NCBI GenBank assembly: GCA_963809485.1
Contig: CAWEJX010000001.1
Span: forward strand, 288,001-352,000
Source: an uncultured Acidobacteriota bacterium
GTDB taxonomy: Bacteria > Acidobacteriota > UBA6911
Length of the DNA: 64,000 bases
Direction: 5' to 3'
In this document: positions 42,606 to 52,041 of the stretch, piece after piece
Numbering within the stretch: the stretch's first letter is position 1
How the letters are laid out: every line of letters starts with the position of its first letter
The notes under the pieces: generated by a model
Database searches by the model: none
Told to the model about the DNA's origin: nothing
What the model saw: only the letters and a program-made list of their open reading frames with translations
Position numbers and translations under genes: made by a program

Positions 42606-43033
42606 TGCATGAGGCATTCGAAAGTGTATATAACGTCCTGGGAAGGGACTTCTCCAATGCCGGAAAGGTTTCCACATCCATCAAGGATACGCTCAAGCGC
42701 CTTGGCGTCAGCCCCACGGTGGTGCGCCGCGTCGCAATCGTGTCCTACGAGGCAGAGATGAACCTGGTCATGTATGCGCATCGGGGAAGGGTCTCGCTCA
42801 GTGTCAGCCCGGATGCGGTGACGCTCAGCATCGACGATGAGGGGCCGGGGATCCCGAATATAGATCTCGCAATGCAGGAAGGCTACTCCACGGCTACTCC
42901 CGAAATGAGGGAAATGGGGTTCGGCGCGGGCATGGGGTTGCCGAACATTAAAAAAAACGCGGATGAATTTGACATCCGCTCCGAAGTCGGTCAAGGCACA
43001 AGCCTTTTCATTCGTGTAAGACAGGCTGCATAG
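42602..43033 (+). CDS. Anti-sigma-factor-like (RsbT-type) Ser/Thr kinase ATPase
   Basis: YEAEMN, DEGPGI..AMQEGYST, GFGAGMGLPN. Confidence 0.88.
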   Translation: MMHEAFESVYNVLGRDFSNAGKVSTSIKDTLKRLGVSPTVVRRVAIVSYEAEMNLVMYAHRGRVSLSVSPDAVTLSIDDEGPGIPNIDLAMQEGYSTATPEMREMGFGAGMGLPNIKKNADEFDIRSEVGQGTSLFIRVRQAA

Positions 43034-43039
43034 ACGATA

Positions 43040-44359
43040 ATGGCCCAATACCATCATTCATTGCGTTTTGATCCCGAAAGATGCGAAGGATGCATGTCCT
43101 GCATGCGCGCCTGCCCGACGGCGGCTGTGCGCATCCGCAAAGGCCGGGCCGTAAAACTAGCGGACCGGTGCATCGATTGCGGCGAGTGCATCCGGGTCTG
43201 TCCGCGGGCGGCGATCGTGCCCCTGACAGACCAGATGGCCGACCTGTCCAATTTCGAGCTGAAGGTGGCAATTCCCTCGCCTGCGTTGTACTCCCAGTTC
43301 GACTCGGAAGTTTTCCCGAGCATGATCTTTTCAGCGCTGAAACAATGCGGCTTCGACGACGTCGAGAGCGTTTCCCCCGCCTGCGACGCCGTGACCATTG
43401 CCACGGAGATTTTCCTGAACGAATATCGCGGCGAATACCCGCTGATTTCATCCTTTTGCCCGACAGTCGTCCGCCTCCTTCAGGTCAAGTATCCCGAGCT
43501 GGTAGATCAGCTTCTGCCCGTGCTGGCGCCCAGGGAAATTTCAGCCCGGGATGCGAAGGCGCGCAAATCCAGGGAAACAGGGCTGCCGTCCGAAAAAATC
43601 GGAGCCATCTACATCACGCCGTGTCCCTCCAAGATCGTCGCGATCCTGGAACATCCGGGGATGCGCCGATCCTACCTCGATGCCGCGGTATCCATAAGCG
43701 ATCTGTTCCAGACTCTGGCCGCTGCCGTGTCAAGGATTCAGGAGACCGAGCCTAACATCGACACTGTAGAATCGGCTTCGGGCCTCAGCTGGTCATTCCT
43801 GGAGAAGTTTCCACGGTCGCTGCCTGCGGAAAACACCCTGTCGGTTGCCGGACTGCCGAACGTCATACGGATCCTGGATGACATCGAAAAGGGGCGGCTG
43901 CGCAAATACCGGTACATTGAATGCCACGCTTGCCCCGAAGGATGCGTGGGAGGATGCCTTACTGTCGAAAATCCCTATCTGGCGCGCGGAAAGGCGATCA
44001 AGCTGCAGCAAAGCCTGCCTGCCGGGTGCATTGTGGACAGGCGCGAGGTCGAAGTTTCCTACCGGAAGAAGGAATTTTTAATGGATGAATACCTCGCAGG
44101 CCGTCCGTTGCGGCCATTGGATGCGGATATTTCGGCGGCCATTCATAAAATGAAGGAGCGGGACCGTATTTATGCAGACCTCCCAAAAATCGATTGCGGA
44201 GCTTGTGGCGCGCCTTCTTGCCGGGCATTCGCCGAAGACGTCGTGCTGGGAGAAGCCGACAAGGCTTCCTGCGTTTTTTTCTGGCAGAGAGATCTTGAGA
44301 ATCGCATTGAGCAGCTTGCCGACTTGGTCAGGACTCAAAAGCGAAGCATCGGAGGGTAA
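43040..44359 (+). CDS. [FeFe]-hydrogenase-like Fe-S protein (putative sensory type)
   Basis: N-terminal 2x[4Fe-4S]; divergent H-cluster motifs SSFCP, TPCPSK, ECHACPEGCVGG; C-terminal DCGACGAPSC FeS domain. Confidence 0.8.
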   Translation: MAQYHHSLRFDPERCEGCMSCMRACPTAAVRIRKGRAVKLADRCIDCGECIRVCPRAAIVPLTDQMADLSNFELKVAIPSPALYSQFDSEVFPSMIFSALKQCGFDDVESVSPACDAVTIATEIFLNEYRGEYPLISSFCPTVVRLLQVKYPELVDQLLPVLAPREISARDAKARKSRETGLPSEKIGAIYITPCPSKIVAILEHPGMRRSYLDAAVSISDLFQTLAAAVSRIQETEPNIDTVESASGLSWSFLEKFPRSLPAENTLSVAGLPNVIRILDDIEKGRLRKYRYIECHACPEGCVGGCLTVENPYLARGKAIKLQQSLPAGCIVDRREVEVSYRKKEFLMDEYLAGRPLRPLDADISAAIHKMKERDRIYADLPKIDCGACGAPSCRAFAEDVVLGEADKASCVFFWQRDLENRIEQLADLVRTQKRSIGG

Positions 44360-44361
44360 CC

Positions 44362-44712
44362 GTGAACATCGCTGATGCCGCAAAAAAGATCGACGGAACC
44401 ATAGTGGCCGGGACCGGAGCTGCCGGTCGTGAGATTCAGGGCGGCTATGCTTCGGATCTGCTCTCGGACGTCATGGGAAACAGCCGGGAGGGCGATATAT
44501 GGGTGACGATGCAGAAGCATGTGAACATCGTCGCCGTCGCCCAGCTGAACGGCCTGGCGGCAATTGTGCTGGTTAACGGGCGGGTGCCTGAGCCGGACAC
44601 GCTGTCCAGAGCCGAAGAAATGGCAATCCCGATCATATCCACTCCGCTGCAGGCTTTTGATGTCATCGGCATTCTATACGGTTTGGATATTCGCGGAAGG
44701 AGGCCCGTCTGA
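44362..44712 (+). CDS. DRTGG domain protein
   Basis: GGYASDLLSDVM, WVTMQKHVNIVAVA. Confidence 0.85.
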   Translation: MNIADAAKKIDGTIVAGTGAAGREIQGGYASDLLSDVMGNSREGDIWVTMQKHVNIVAVAQLNGLAAIVLVNGRVPEPDTLSRAEEMAIPIISTPLQAFDVIGILYGLDIRGRRPV

Positions 44713-44714
44713 GG

Positions 44715-46013
44715 GTGTTCATGGTCGATACACACATTCACACCTGCCTCTCACCTTGTGCGGAGCTGGACATGCATCCGGCGGCGCTGATCGATGCCGC
44801 CGTCTGCGCGGGGCTGGATTCCATCGCCATATGCGACCACAACTCGGCCGAGAACGCCGGTGCGGTTCAGCGCGCCGGGCTTGCGGCGGGGCTGGCCGTC
44901 ATCCCCGGGATGGAAATCACCAGTGCAGAGGAAGTTCACATCCTGGGGCTGCTGCCCGACCTGGAATCCGCAATGGCTCTCCAGTCCAAAGTTTACAGGT
45001 CGCTGCCCGGGCGAAACGACGAAAATACATTCGGGATGCAGGTCGTGGCGAATGAGTTCGCCGAAGTCCTCGGATTCAATGAGCACTTGCTCGCGGGAGC
45101 GACAACTCTGAGCCTCGAGGCGGTTGTGGCGGCGATTCACTCCGTGGATGGACTGGCTGTAGCTTCCCACGTGGACCGGGAAGGTTTTGGAATCATCGGC
45201 CAGCTGGGCTTCATTCCCCCGGAACTGCCCCTGGATGCGATCGAAATATCGCAGCGAATGCCGCTGACCCGGGCGCGGGCAACCTACGCTCCCAGAGGGG
45301 AGCACCCGATTCTCTGCGCATCCGACGCCCATGAACCCAAGGATATCGCACGGGCGGCGACCTATATCCTGATGGAGCAGGCCACTCTGCAGGAACTGCG
45401 CCGGGCCCTGACCGGAGAGGGAGGGCGCACAATTCTCGGCGGAGGAAGGCCCATGGAAGATCTTGCATTGCACATCCTGGATATAGTGCAGAACAGTCTG
45501 GAGGCCGGCGCGGCGATGATCGAGATCGGGATTAGCGAGGATCCAGGGGAAGACCGGATGACGATCGAAGTCCGGGACAACGGACGCGGAATGGATCCGG
45601 AAACCGTCGCGAAAGTCACCGATCCGTTTTTCACCACGCGAACAACCCGCAGGGTCGGCATGGGGCTTCCCCTTCTGGCCGCCGCAGCCAAAGCGGCCGG
45701 GGGAGAGCTTACCGTCGATTCAAAGCCCGGATCGGGGACACTTATCCGCGCGACCTTCCAGCACGGTCACATGGACAGGGCGCCGCTGGGCGATATCGAA
45801 ACGACTCTGATGGTGCTCCTGGCGGGTCAGCCGGACCGGAACATATGCTTCAGGCACCGGGTGAATGACCGGGAATTCGAGCTGGATTCCCGGGATTTCC
45901 TCGCGGCGGACATTGATCTGTCCTCGCCGATCGGGCTGGCGATTTTACGGGAGGCGATCCGTAAAGGCGAGGCCGGCTTGCAGTTTTCCGTACACGGCCG
46001 CCGTGGAGTGTAG
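44715..46013 (+). CDS. PHP-family phosphoesterase fused to HATPase_c domain
   Basis: DTHIHTCLSPC, ICDHN, GMEI..EEVH, SDAH, then MEDLALHILDIVQNS..DNGRGM..FFTTRTTRRVGMG. Confidence 0.85.
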   Translation: MFMVDTHIHTCLSPCAELDMHPAALIDAAVCAGLDSIAICDHNSAENAGAVQRAGLAAGLAVIPGMEITSAEEVHILGLLPDLESAMALQSKVYRSLPGRNDENTFGMQVVANEFAEVLGFNEHLLAGATTLSLEAVVAAIHSVDGLAVASHVDREGFGIIGQLGFIPPELPLDAIEISQRMPLTRARATYAPRGEHPILCASDAHEPKDIARAATYILMEQATLQELRRALTGEGGRTILGGGRPMEDLALHILDIVQNSLEAGAAMIEIGISEDPGEDRMTIEVRDNGRGMDPETVAKVTDPFFTTRTTRRVGMGLPLLAAAAKAAGGELTVDSKPGSGTLIRATFQHGHMDRAPLGDIETTLMVLLAGQPDRNICFRHRVNDREFELDSRDFLAADIDLSSPIGLAILREAIRKGEAGLQFSVHGRRGV

Positions 46014-46090
46014 GAAATGCCATTAACTGCGCCGGACGGAGTCGGCACCCCGTCCTTAGACAGAGCGCGATCAGTGAATCGGAGGCAAAT

Positions 46091-46597
46091 ATGGTTGATG
46101 TTTCGAAGGTAAAGGAAATCCTGGATCGGCACGGTGCGAAGCGCGAGCGCATGATTGCCATACTGCTCGACTGCCAGGAGGAATATTATCACCTGCCACG
46201 CGAAGTGCTGGAAGCAGTCTCGGCAGGAGTCAATATCCCCCTGGCATCGGTCCTGGCGATCGCGACCTTCTTTAAGGCCTTCAGCCTAAAACCAATCGGG
46301 CGCTATCCGATCCGCGTCTGCAACGGTACAGCCTGCAACATCAAGGGCGGACCTCTGCTGGTGGATGCCTTGGAGCGCGAACTGAAGATCAAGAAGGGAG
46401 ACACGACAGCGGACAACCTGTTCGGGCTGGACACGCTGAACTGCGTCGGCTGCTGCGGACTGGCTCCGGTCATCACGGTGGGCCAGGACGTGCACGGGAA
46501 AGTGAAGATATCCTCCATACCCAAGATGGTTAAGCAATACCGTCCGAAGGACCGGACGGATTCGAAGGAGGGGCAAGATGGCGAGACTGTCCATTGA
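46091..46597 (+). CDS. NuoE/HydC-like [2Fe-2S] subunit
   Basis: ATFFKAF, VCNGTAC, CVGCCGLAP. Confidence 0.92.
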   Translation: MVDVSKVKEILDRHGAKRERMIAILLDCQEEYYHLPREVLEAVSAGVNIPLASVLAIATFFKAFSLKPIGRYPIRVCNGTACNIKGGPLLVDALERELKIKKGDTTADNLFGLDTLNCVGCCGLAPVITVGQDVHGKVKISSIPKMVKQYRPKDRTDSKEGQDGETVH

Positions 46598-46961
46598 TGA
46601 CCTGAAGAAAATCCGGGAGGACGCAAAGCGCACATTGACTCTGAGATCGGGCGAAGCGCGCGCCAAGGTTACCATTCACATGGGCACCTGCGGCATTTCC
46701 GCAGGTGCGCGCAATGTCATGGGCGCCCTGCTGAAAGCGATTGAAGACCTCAAAATAACCGACGTGATTGTCACGACTTCTGGCTGCGCCGGACTGTGCA
46801 GCCGGGAGCCGATGGCGACAGTCGAAATTGCGGGTCAGACCCCCGTAAAATACGCGGACCTGAAACCCGAGTCCATCGTGAGAGTGCTCAAGGATCATGT
46901 TCTCGAGGGCAAAATTGTCACCGAGTATGCCCTCGCAAGCGGCTGTGAAACTACCGGCTAG
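46578..46961 (+). CDS. Thioredoxin-like [2Fe-2S] ferredoxin (HydD/HndB-like)
   Basis: HMGTCGISAGA, SGCAGLCSREP. Confidence 0.88.
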   Translation: MARLSIDDLKKIREDAKRTLTLRSGEARAKVTIHMGTCGISAGARNVMGALLKAIEDLKITDVIVTTSGCAGLCSREPMATVEIAGQTPVKYADLKPESIVRVLKDHVLEGKIVTEYALASGCETTG

Positions 46962-46987
46962 ACAGCCGGCTGGGAGGTGTGAATATC

Positions 46988-48829
46988 ATGGCATTCCGCA
47001 CACATGTGTTGGTTTGCGCAGGAACCGGATGCGTTTCCGGCAACTCTTACGCAACGGCAACGGCTCTTGAAACCGAAATTTTTAAAAAAGGCCTCGCACA
47101 GGAAGTACAGGTCATCCGGACGGGTTGCCAGGGATTCTGCGCTGAAGGCCCCATCGTCATCGTGCAGCCGGATGGGGTTTTCTATTGCGGCGTCAAAGCG
47201 AAGGATGCGCCTTTCCTTGTCGAAGAACATCTCGTAAAGGGCCGGCCCGTTAAAAAGCTGATGTATACGCCGCCTGAGACCAAGGGCCCGATTCCGGCAC
47301 TGAAGGAAATTCCTTTCTTCGCCAAACAGAAACTGGTGGTGCTCAGGAACCGGGGCGTCATCGATCCGGAAAAAATCGATGATTACATCGCGGTGGACGG
47401 CTACACGGCGATTGAAAAGGCTTTGTTCCAGATGACTCCGGAACAGATCATCTCGGAGATCAAGCGATCAGGACTGCGCGGCCGCGGCGGCGGCGGATTT
47501 CCGGCCGGTGTCAAGTGGGAGACATGCCGCCATGCCGCACAGCACCGCGGCGTGGAACCGGTGATCGTGTGCAATGCCGACGAGGGGGATCCCGGCGCCT
47601 TCATGGACCGCAGCATTATCGAAAGCGATCCGCATTCTGTGATCGAGGGAATGATCATTGGCGCCCGGGCGATCGGATGCAAGGAGGGATTTGTTTATAT
47701 CCGCCGAGAGTATCCCATCGCACGGGAGCGCCTTCTGAAAGCCCTGGAACAGGCGCGCGCATACGGCCTCCTCGGCACCGATATCCTGGGCAGCGGGATG
47801 GATTTCGACATAGAGATCGTCCAGGGTGCCGGAGCTTTCGTATGCGGCGAGTCCACGGCCCTGATGGCTTCCCTGGAAGGGAATGTCGGGGAGCCGAGAG
47901 CTAAATATATCCATACTGTCGAGTATGGATACAAGAACCGCCCGACAAATCTCAACAACGTGGAAACCTGGGCCAACGTGCCGCTGATCATAAACCGCGG
48001 CGCGCACTGGTTCGGCTCGATGGGAACCGGCAGCGTCGCCGAAAACCCGTGGAGCGGCAGCAGCGGAACAAAAGTCTTCTCGATGGTCGGGAAGATCAAC
48101 AACACAGGCCTGATCGAAGTCCCTATGGGCATCTCGCTGCGCGAGATAATTTTCGACATCGGCGGAGGGATCCCCGGAGGCAGAAAGTTTAAGGCCGTTC
48201 AGACCGGAGGGCCTTCCGGCGGTTGTCTGCCTGAATCCCACCTCGACATGCCCGTCGATTTCGACAGCCTGACGGAAGCGGGTTCCATGATGGGCTCGGG
48301 CGGGATGATCGTGATGGACGACCAGACCTGCATGGTGGATGTGGCCCGCTACTTCATTGCCTTCCTGACAGAGGAGTCGTGCGGCAAATGCTCCCCCTGC
48401 CGTGAGGGACTCAGAACCTCCCTCGATGTCCTCGACCGGATCACCCAGGGCAAGGGAGCGCCGGGCGACATTGAGCTGCTCCAGGAAATTGCAGAGGTCA
48501 TGCAGGACTGCTGCCTCTGCGCCCTCGGGACCTCGGCGCCGAATCCCGTTCTCTCGACCCTCCGCTACTTTAAGGATGAGTACGATGCGCACATCAAAGA
48601 GCATCGCTGCCCGGGTGGAGTCTGCAAGGAACTGATCGAATACACCATCGATCCTGATAAATGCGACGGATGCCACGCCTGCGTGCGGGGTTGCTCGGTA
48701 CAGGCTATTACGGGTGATGTAAAGAAAACTCATACACTGGACAAGGCCAAGTGCATCAAATGCGGGGCGTGTATCGAAGCCTGCAAGCGTGATGCAGTCC
48801 AGAAGGTACCCAGGAGCTATGCGGCATGA
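46988..48829 (+). CDS. NuoF/HydB-like FMN/NADH-binding subunit, long form
   Basis: N-terminal CAGTGC..GCQGFC, GRGGGGFP, CNADEGDPGAFMDR, GGPSGG, ESCGKCSPCREG and C-terminal 2x[4Fe-4S]. Confidence 0.95.
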   Translation: MAFRTHVLVCAGTGCVSGNSYATATALETEIFKKGLAQEVQVIRTGCQGFCAEGPIVIVQPDGVFYCGVKAKDAPFLVEEHLVKGRPVKKLMYTPPETKGPIPALKEIPFFAKQKLVVLRNRGVIDPEKIDDYIAVDGYTAIEKALFQMTPEQIISEIKRSGLRGRGGGGFPAGVKWETCRHAAQHRGVEPVIVCNADEGDPGAFMDRSIIESDPHSVIEGMIIGARAIGCKEGFVYIRREYPIARERLLKALEQARAYGLLGTDILGSGMDFDIEIVQGAGAFVCGESTALMASLEGNVGEPRAKYIHTVEYGYKNRPTNLNNVETWANVPLIINRGAHWFGSMGTGSVAENPWSGSSGTKVFSMVGKINNTGLIEVPMGISLREIIFDIGGGIPGGRKFKAVQTGGPSGGCLPESHLDMPVDFDSLTEAGSMMGSGGMIVMDDQTCMVDVARYFIAFLTEESCGKCSPCREGLRTSLDVLDRITQGKGAPGDIELLQEIAEVMQDCCLCALGTSAPNPVLSTLRYFKDEYDAHIKEHRCPGGVCKELIEYTIDPDKCDGCHACVRGCSVQAITGDVKKTHTLDKAKCIKCGACIEACKRDAVQKVPRSYAA

Positions 48830-50583
48830 AAACCATCAAAATTAAGATCGACGATATCGAAACCGAAGCCGAGGACAGGACACCGATCCTCTCCATTGCG
48901 CAGAAACTCGGGATCAAGATCCCGACCCTGTGTCACCACCCGCTCCTGGAGCCATACGGCGTCTGCCGCATATGTACCGTCGAGGTAAGATCCGGCAAAC
49001 GTGTCCGCATGGTGACGGCGTGCAATTACCCCGCAACCAACGGCATCGAGGTTCTGACGAATTCGCCCCGCGTCCGGCGCGACCGGAGACTGATCCTCGA
49101 GTGGATGATGGCACGCTGCGGGCATGTCAAAGTCATCGAGGATCTGGCTGCAGAGTACGGCATCAAAGAACCCAGGTTCGGGCGCGGCGACGATGACTGC
49201 ATCCTGTGCGGGCTGTGCGTGCGCGTATGTTCTGATGTCGTCGGCGCCAATGTGCTCGGCTTCTTCAACCGCGGAGCGACGCGCGAGGTTTCGACTGCCT
49301 ATGGCGAAACCTCGGACAAATGCATCGCGTGCGGGTCCTGCGCTTTCGTATGCCCGACAGGAGCGATTCAGATAGAAAACGACTCGGCCCTGGTCCGCGA
49401 GGCTCTTCCGCTCGGTCCGCTGACTCCCATTCACGTCCCCTTCCTGCAGGCTGTGCCGCACCAGCCGGTAATCGATCGCGACTCCTGCATCCATTTCAAG
49501 ACCGGTGGATGCAAGGTCTGCGAAAAAGTCTGCGAGGTCAAGGCTGTGAATCATGCCCAGGAGGATGTGATCGAAAATATCGAGGTTGGAGCGGTTATCC
49601 TCGCCACAGGCTTTCAGCAGTTCGATGCCAAAAGAGTCTCGGAATACGGCTACGGCGTCTACCCGAATGTATTGACCGGCCTCGAGTTCGAAAAGATGAA
49701 CAGCGCTTCGGGCCCGACCGGTGGACAGATTATGCTGCAAAACGGGCAGGCGCCGAAAAGCGTGGGCATTATCCACTGCGTCGGAAGCCGCGACGAGCGC
49801 AACAATAAGTACTGCTCCCGCGTCTGCTGCATGTACGCATTGAAGTTCGCCCACCTGATCAAGGAAAAGACCGGAGCGGACGTGTATAACTTTTACATCG
49901 ACATGCGCTGCTTCGGGAAGGGCTACGAGGAATTCTATCACCGCCTGCTCGAGGAAGACGTGCGCTTCATCCGCGGACGCGCCGCGGCGATCACGGATTT
50001 CCCGTTCAACGAGCAGGAAGTCGGCAAACTGATCATCCGTGTGGAAGACACATTGATCGGCCAGGTGCGGCGCGTCCCTGTCGACATGGCCATCCTGGCT
50101 ACCGGCCTTGAGCCGGCGGCGGACGCCACGGATGTCGCCCATACTTTCAACATAAGCTGCGGTGGCGGATTCTTCACGGAACGGCATCCGAAACTTGCTC
50201 CGGTGTCCACCCCAACGGACGGCATATTTATTGCGGGCACGTGCCAGGGCCCGAAAGACATCCCTGATACGGTTGCACAGGCTGGCGCCGCCGCGTCCGC
50301 AGTCCAGTCCCTCATATCCAGGGGGGAGATCGAGGTTGAGTCGGCCACCAGCGTAGTGGATGCGGAAAAGTGCTCAGGCTGCCGACTCTGCAACACTCTC
50401 TGTTCGCTCTCGGCCATCACATTTGACGAAGAGAAAAAGGTCACCGTTATTAATGATGTATTGTGCAAGGGATGCGGCACCTGTGCCGCCGCGTGCCCCA
50501 GCAGCGCCATTCTGGCGCGGCACTTCACCGATGAACAGTTGTTCTCCGAAATAGAAGGGGTGCTGTATGACGTTCGAGCCTAA
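48826..50583 (+). CDS. Fusion of HydA/NuoG-like N-terminal Fe-S domain with HdrA C-terminal half
   Basis: IPTLC..GVCRIC..TAC [2Fe-2S], CILCGLCVRVC, CIACGSCAFVCP. Then HdrA motifs VPFLQAVP, VGAVILATG, GPTGG, HCVGSRD, CSRVCCMYALK, GPKDIP, CKGCGTC. Confidence 0.92.
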   Translation: MKTIKIKIDDIETEAEDRTPILSIAQKLGIKIPTLCHHPLLEPYGVCRICTVEVRSGKRVRMVTACNYPATNGIEVLTNSPRVRRDRRLILEWMMARCGHVKVIEDLAAEYGIKEPRFGRGDDDCILCGLCVRVCSDVVGANVLGFFNRGATREVSTAYGETSDKCIACGSCAFVCPTGAIQIENDSALVREALPLGPLTPIHVPFLQAVPHQPVIDRDSCIHFKTGGCKVCEKVCEVKAVNHAQEDVIENIEVGAVILATGFQQFDAKRVSEYGYGVYPNVLTGLEFEKMNSASGPTGGQIMLQNGQAPKSVGIIHCVGSRDERNNKYCSRVCCMYALKFAHLIKEKTGADVYNFYIDMRCFGKGYEEFYHRLLEEDVRFIRGRAAAITDFPFNEQEVGKLIIRVEDTLIGQVRRVPVDMAILATGLEPAADATDVAHTFNISCGGGFFTERHPKLAPVSTPTDGIFIAGTCQGPKDIPDTVAQAGAAASAVQSLISRGEIEVESATSVVDAEKCSGCRLCNTLCSLSAITFDEEKKVTVINDVLCKGCGTCAAACPSSAILARHFTDEQLFSEIEGVLYDVRA

Positions 50584-51007
50584 AATCGTTGGCATTCTCT
50601 GTAACTGGTGTTCCTACACCGGCGCGGATCTGGCGGGCACATCCCGCATCAAGTATTCACCAAACGTCCGGGTCGTCCGCGTCATGTGCTCCGGCAGGGT
50701 CGATCCCACCTTCATCCTGAAGGCGTTTGCCGACGGCGCGGACGGCGTGCTGGTGGCGGGCTGCCATCCCGGCGACTGCCATTACATCGAAGGGAATTAT
50801 AAGACCATTCGCCGCATGGCCCTTCTGAAGCACATGCTGGCGGACTACGGAATAGAGCCGGAGCGGTTTCGACTGGAATGGGTGTCGGCAGGCGAAGGAG
50901 ATCGTTGGGCTCATGTGGTCAATGCAATCACCGAAGATGTTCGGAAACTTGGGCCTACCAAAATAAAGCCACGGGCCAGAAAAAAGACATCTTCATCAGC
51001 GGCATAA
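50567..51007 (+). CDS. mvhD: Methyl-viologen-reducing hydrogenase delta subunit
   Basis: CNWCSYTGADLAG, RVMCSGRV, GCHPGDCHY..GN. Confidence 0.95.
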   Translation: MTFEPKIVGILCNWCSYTGADLAGTSRIKYSPNVRVVRVMCSGRVDPTFILKAFADGADGVLVAGCHPGDCHYIEGNYKTIRRMALLKHMLADYGIEPERFRLEWVSAGEGDRWAHVVNAITEDVRKLGPTKIKPRARKKTSSSAA

Positions 51008-51023
51008 GGGACATTAAGATGCG

Positions 51024-51058
51024 GTCGCAAGTCGCAAACCTGAGACCTGGGACCTGGG
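51024..51058. repeat. Heptamer tandem repeats between mvhD and mvhG
   Basis: gtcgcaa gtcgcaa acctgag acctggg acctggg. Confidence 0.55.
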
Positions 51059-51084
51059 ACTGAATTTTGAAAGTGGAGGCATGG

Positions 51085-52041
51085 ATGGCAAAACTTAAGC
51101 TGGCATCATATTGGGCTGCAGCCTGCGGAGGATGCGATGTCGCCATCCTCGATTTACACGAGAAAATACTCGACCTCGCCGCCGCAGCGGACATCGTCTT
51201 TTGGCCGATTGCCACGGATTTCAAATACAGCGATGTGGAGGCAATGCCCGACGAAAATATCGACGTAACTCTCTTCCACGGAGCCGTGCGCAACTCGGAA
51301 AATGAGCACCTGGCCCGTCTTTTGAGGGCAAAATCCAAGGTTCTTGTGGCATTCGGATCGTGCGCCCATATCGGCGGAATTCCGGGGCTGGCAAACCTTT
51401 TCACAAAAGAAGAGATTTTCAAGCGCATCTACCACGAAACGCCGTCCACCGTGAATGCGGAGAATTTCGAGCCTCAGCCGAAGCTGGCGGTAGCCGAAGG
51501 AGAGGTGACAATCCCGGAATTCTACAACACGGTCAAGACGCTCGACCAGACGGTGGACGTCGACTATTACATGCCCGGCTGCCCCCCGACGCCCAAGCAG
51601 ATCTGGAATGTCGTCCAGGCGATTGTGGGCGGGCAGCTTCCGCCCAAGGGTTCGGTTATCGGGGCCTCCGAAAAGACCCAGTGTGACGAATGTCCGCGCC
51701 CGAGGAAGGAAAAGAAGATTACGGGTTTCAAGCGGATAGCAACCGCCCAGCCGGATCCGGACACCTGTTTCCTGGAGCAGGGATTTCTGTGCCTGGGTCC
51801 CGTTACGCGAGGCGGATGCGATGCCCGGTGCCAGAATTCCGGCGTCCCCTGCCGAGGCTGTTATGGTTCTCCGGCCGGTGTCCTTGACATGGGGGCCAAA
51901 GCCATATCGGCGATAGCATCGGTCATCGAGGCTAAAGAAGAAGCCGAAGTGGAACGTATCATCCAGCAAATCCCGGATACTCTCCGCAGTTTTAACCGGT
52001 TCGGAATTCCAGCATCACTCATCACAAGGAAAATATCATGA
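51085..52041 (+). CDS. mvhG: Group 3c [NiFe]-hydrogenase small subunit
   Basis: ACGGC, AFGSCA..GG, PGCPP, CDEC, CFLEQG.LCLGP, CRGC. Confidence 0.92.
   Translation: MAKLKLASYWAAACGGCDVAILDLHEKILDLAAAADIVFWPIATDFKYSDVEAMPDENIDVTLFHGAVRNSENEHLARLLRAKSKVLVAFGSCAHIGGIPGLANLFTKEEIFKRIYHETPSTVNAENFEPQPKLAVAEGEVTIPEFYNTVKTLDQTVDVDYYMPGCPPTPKQIWNVVQAIVGGQLPPKGSVIGASEKTQCDECPRPRKEKKITGFKRIATAQPDPDTCFLEQGFLCLGPVTRGGCDARCQNSGVPCRGCYGSPAGVLDMGAKAISAIASVIEAKEEAEVERIIQQIPDTLRSFNRFGIPASLITRKIS

Noticed and set aside
46091-48829. Respiratory complex I (nuoEFG) operon
   Set aside because: No membrane or quinone-module nuo genes are present; the long HydB-type architecture and context indicate a soluble NADH module.
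41900-50800. Additional selenocysteines in HdrA (DCAAC) or MvhD (CNWC, GCHPGDCH)
   Set aside because: These positions are ordinary TGC/TGT codons here.
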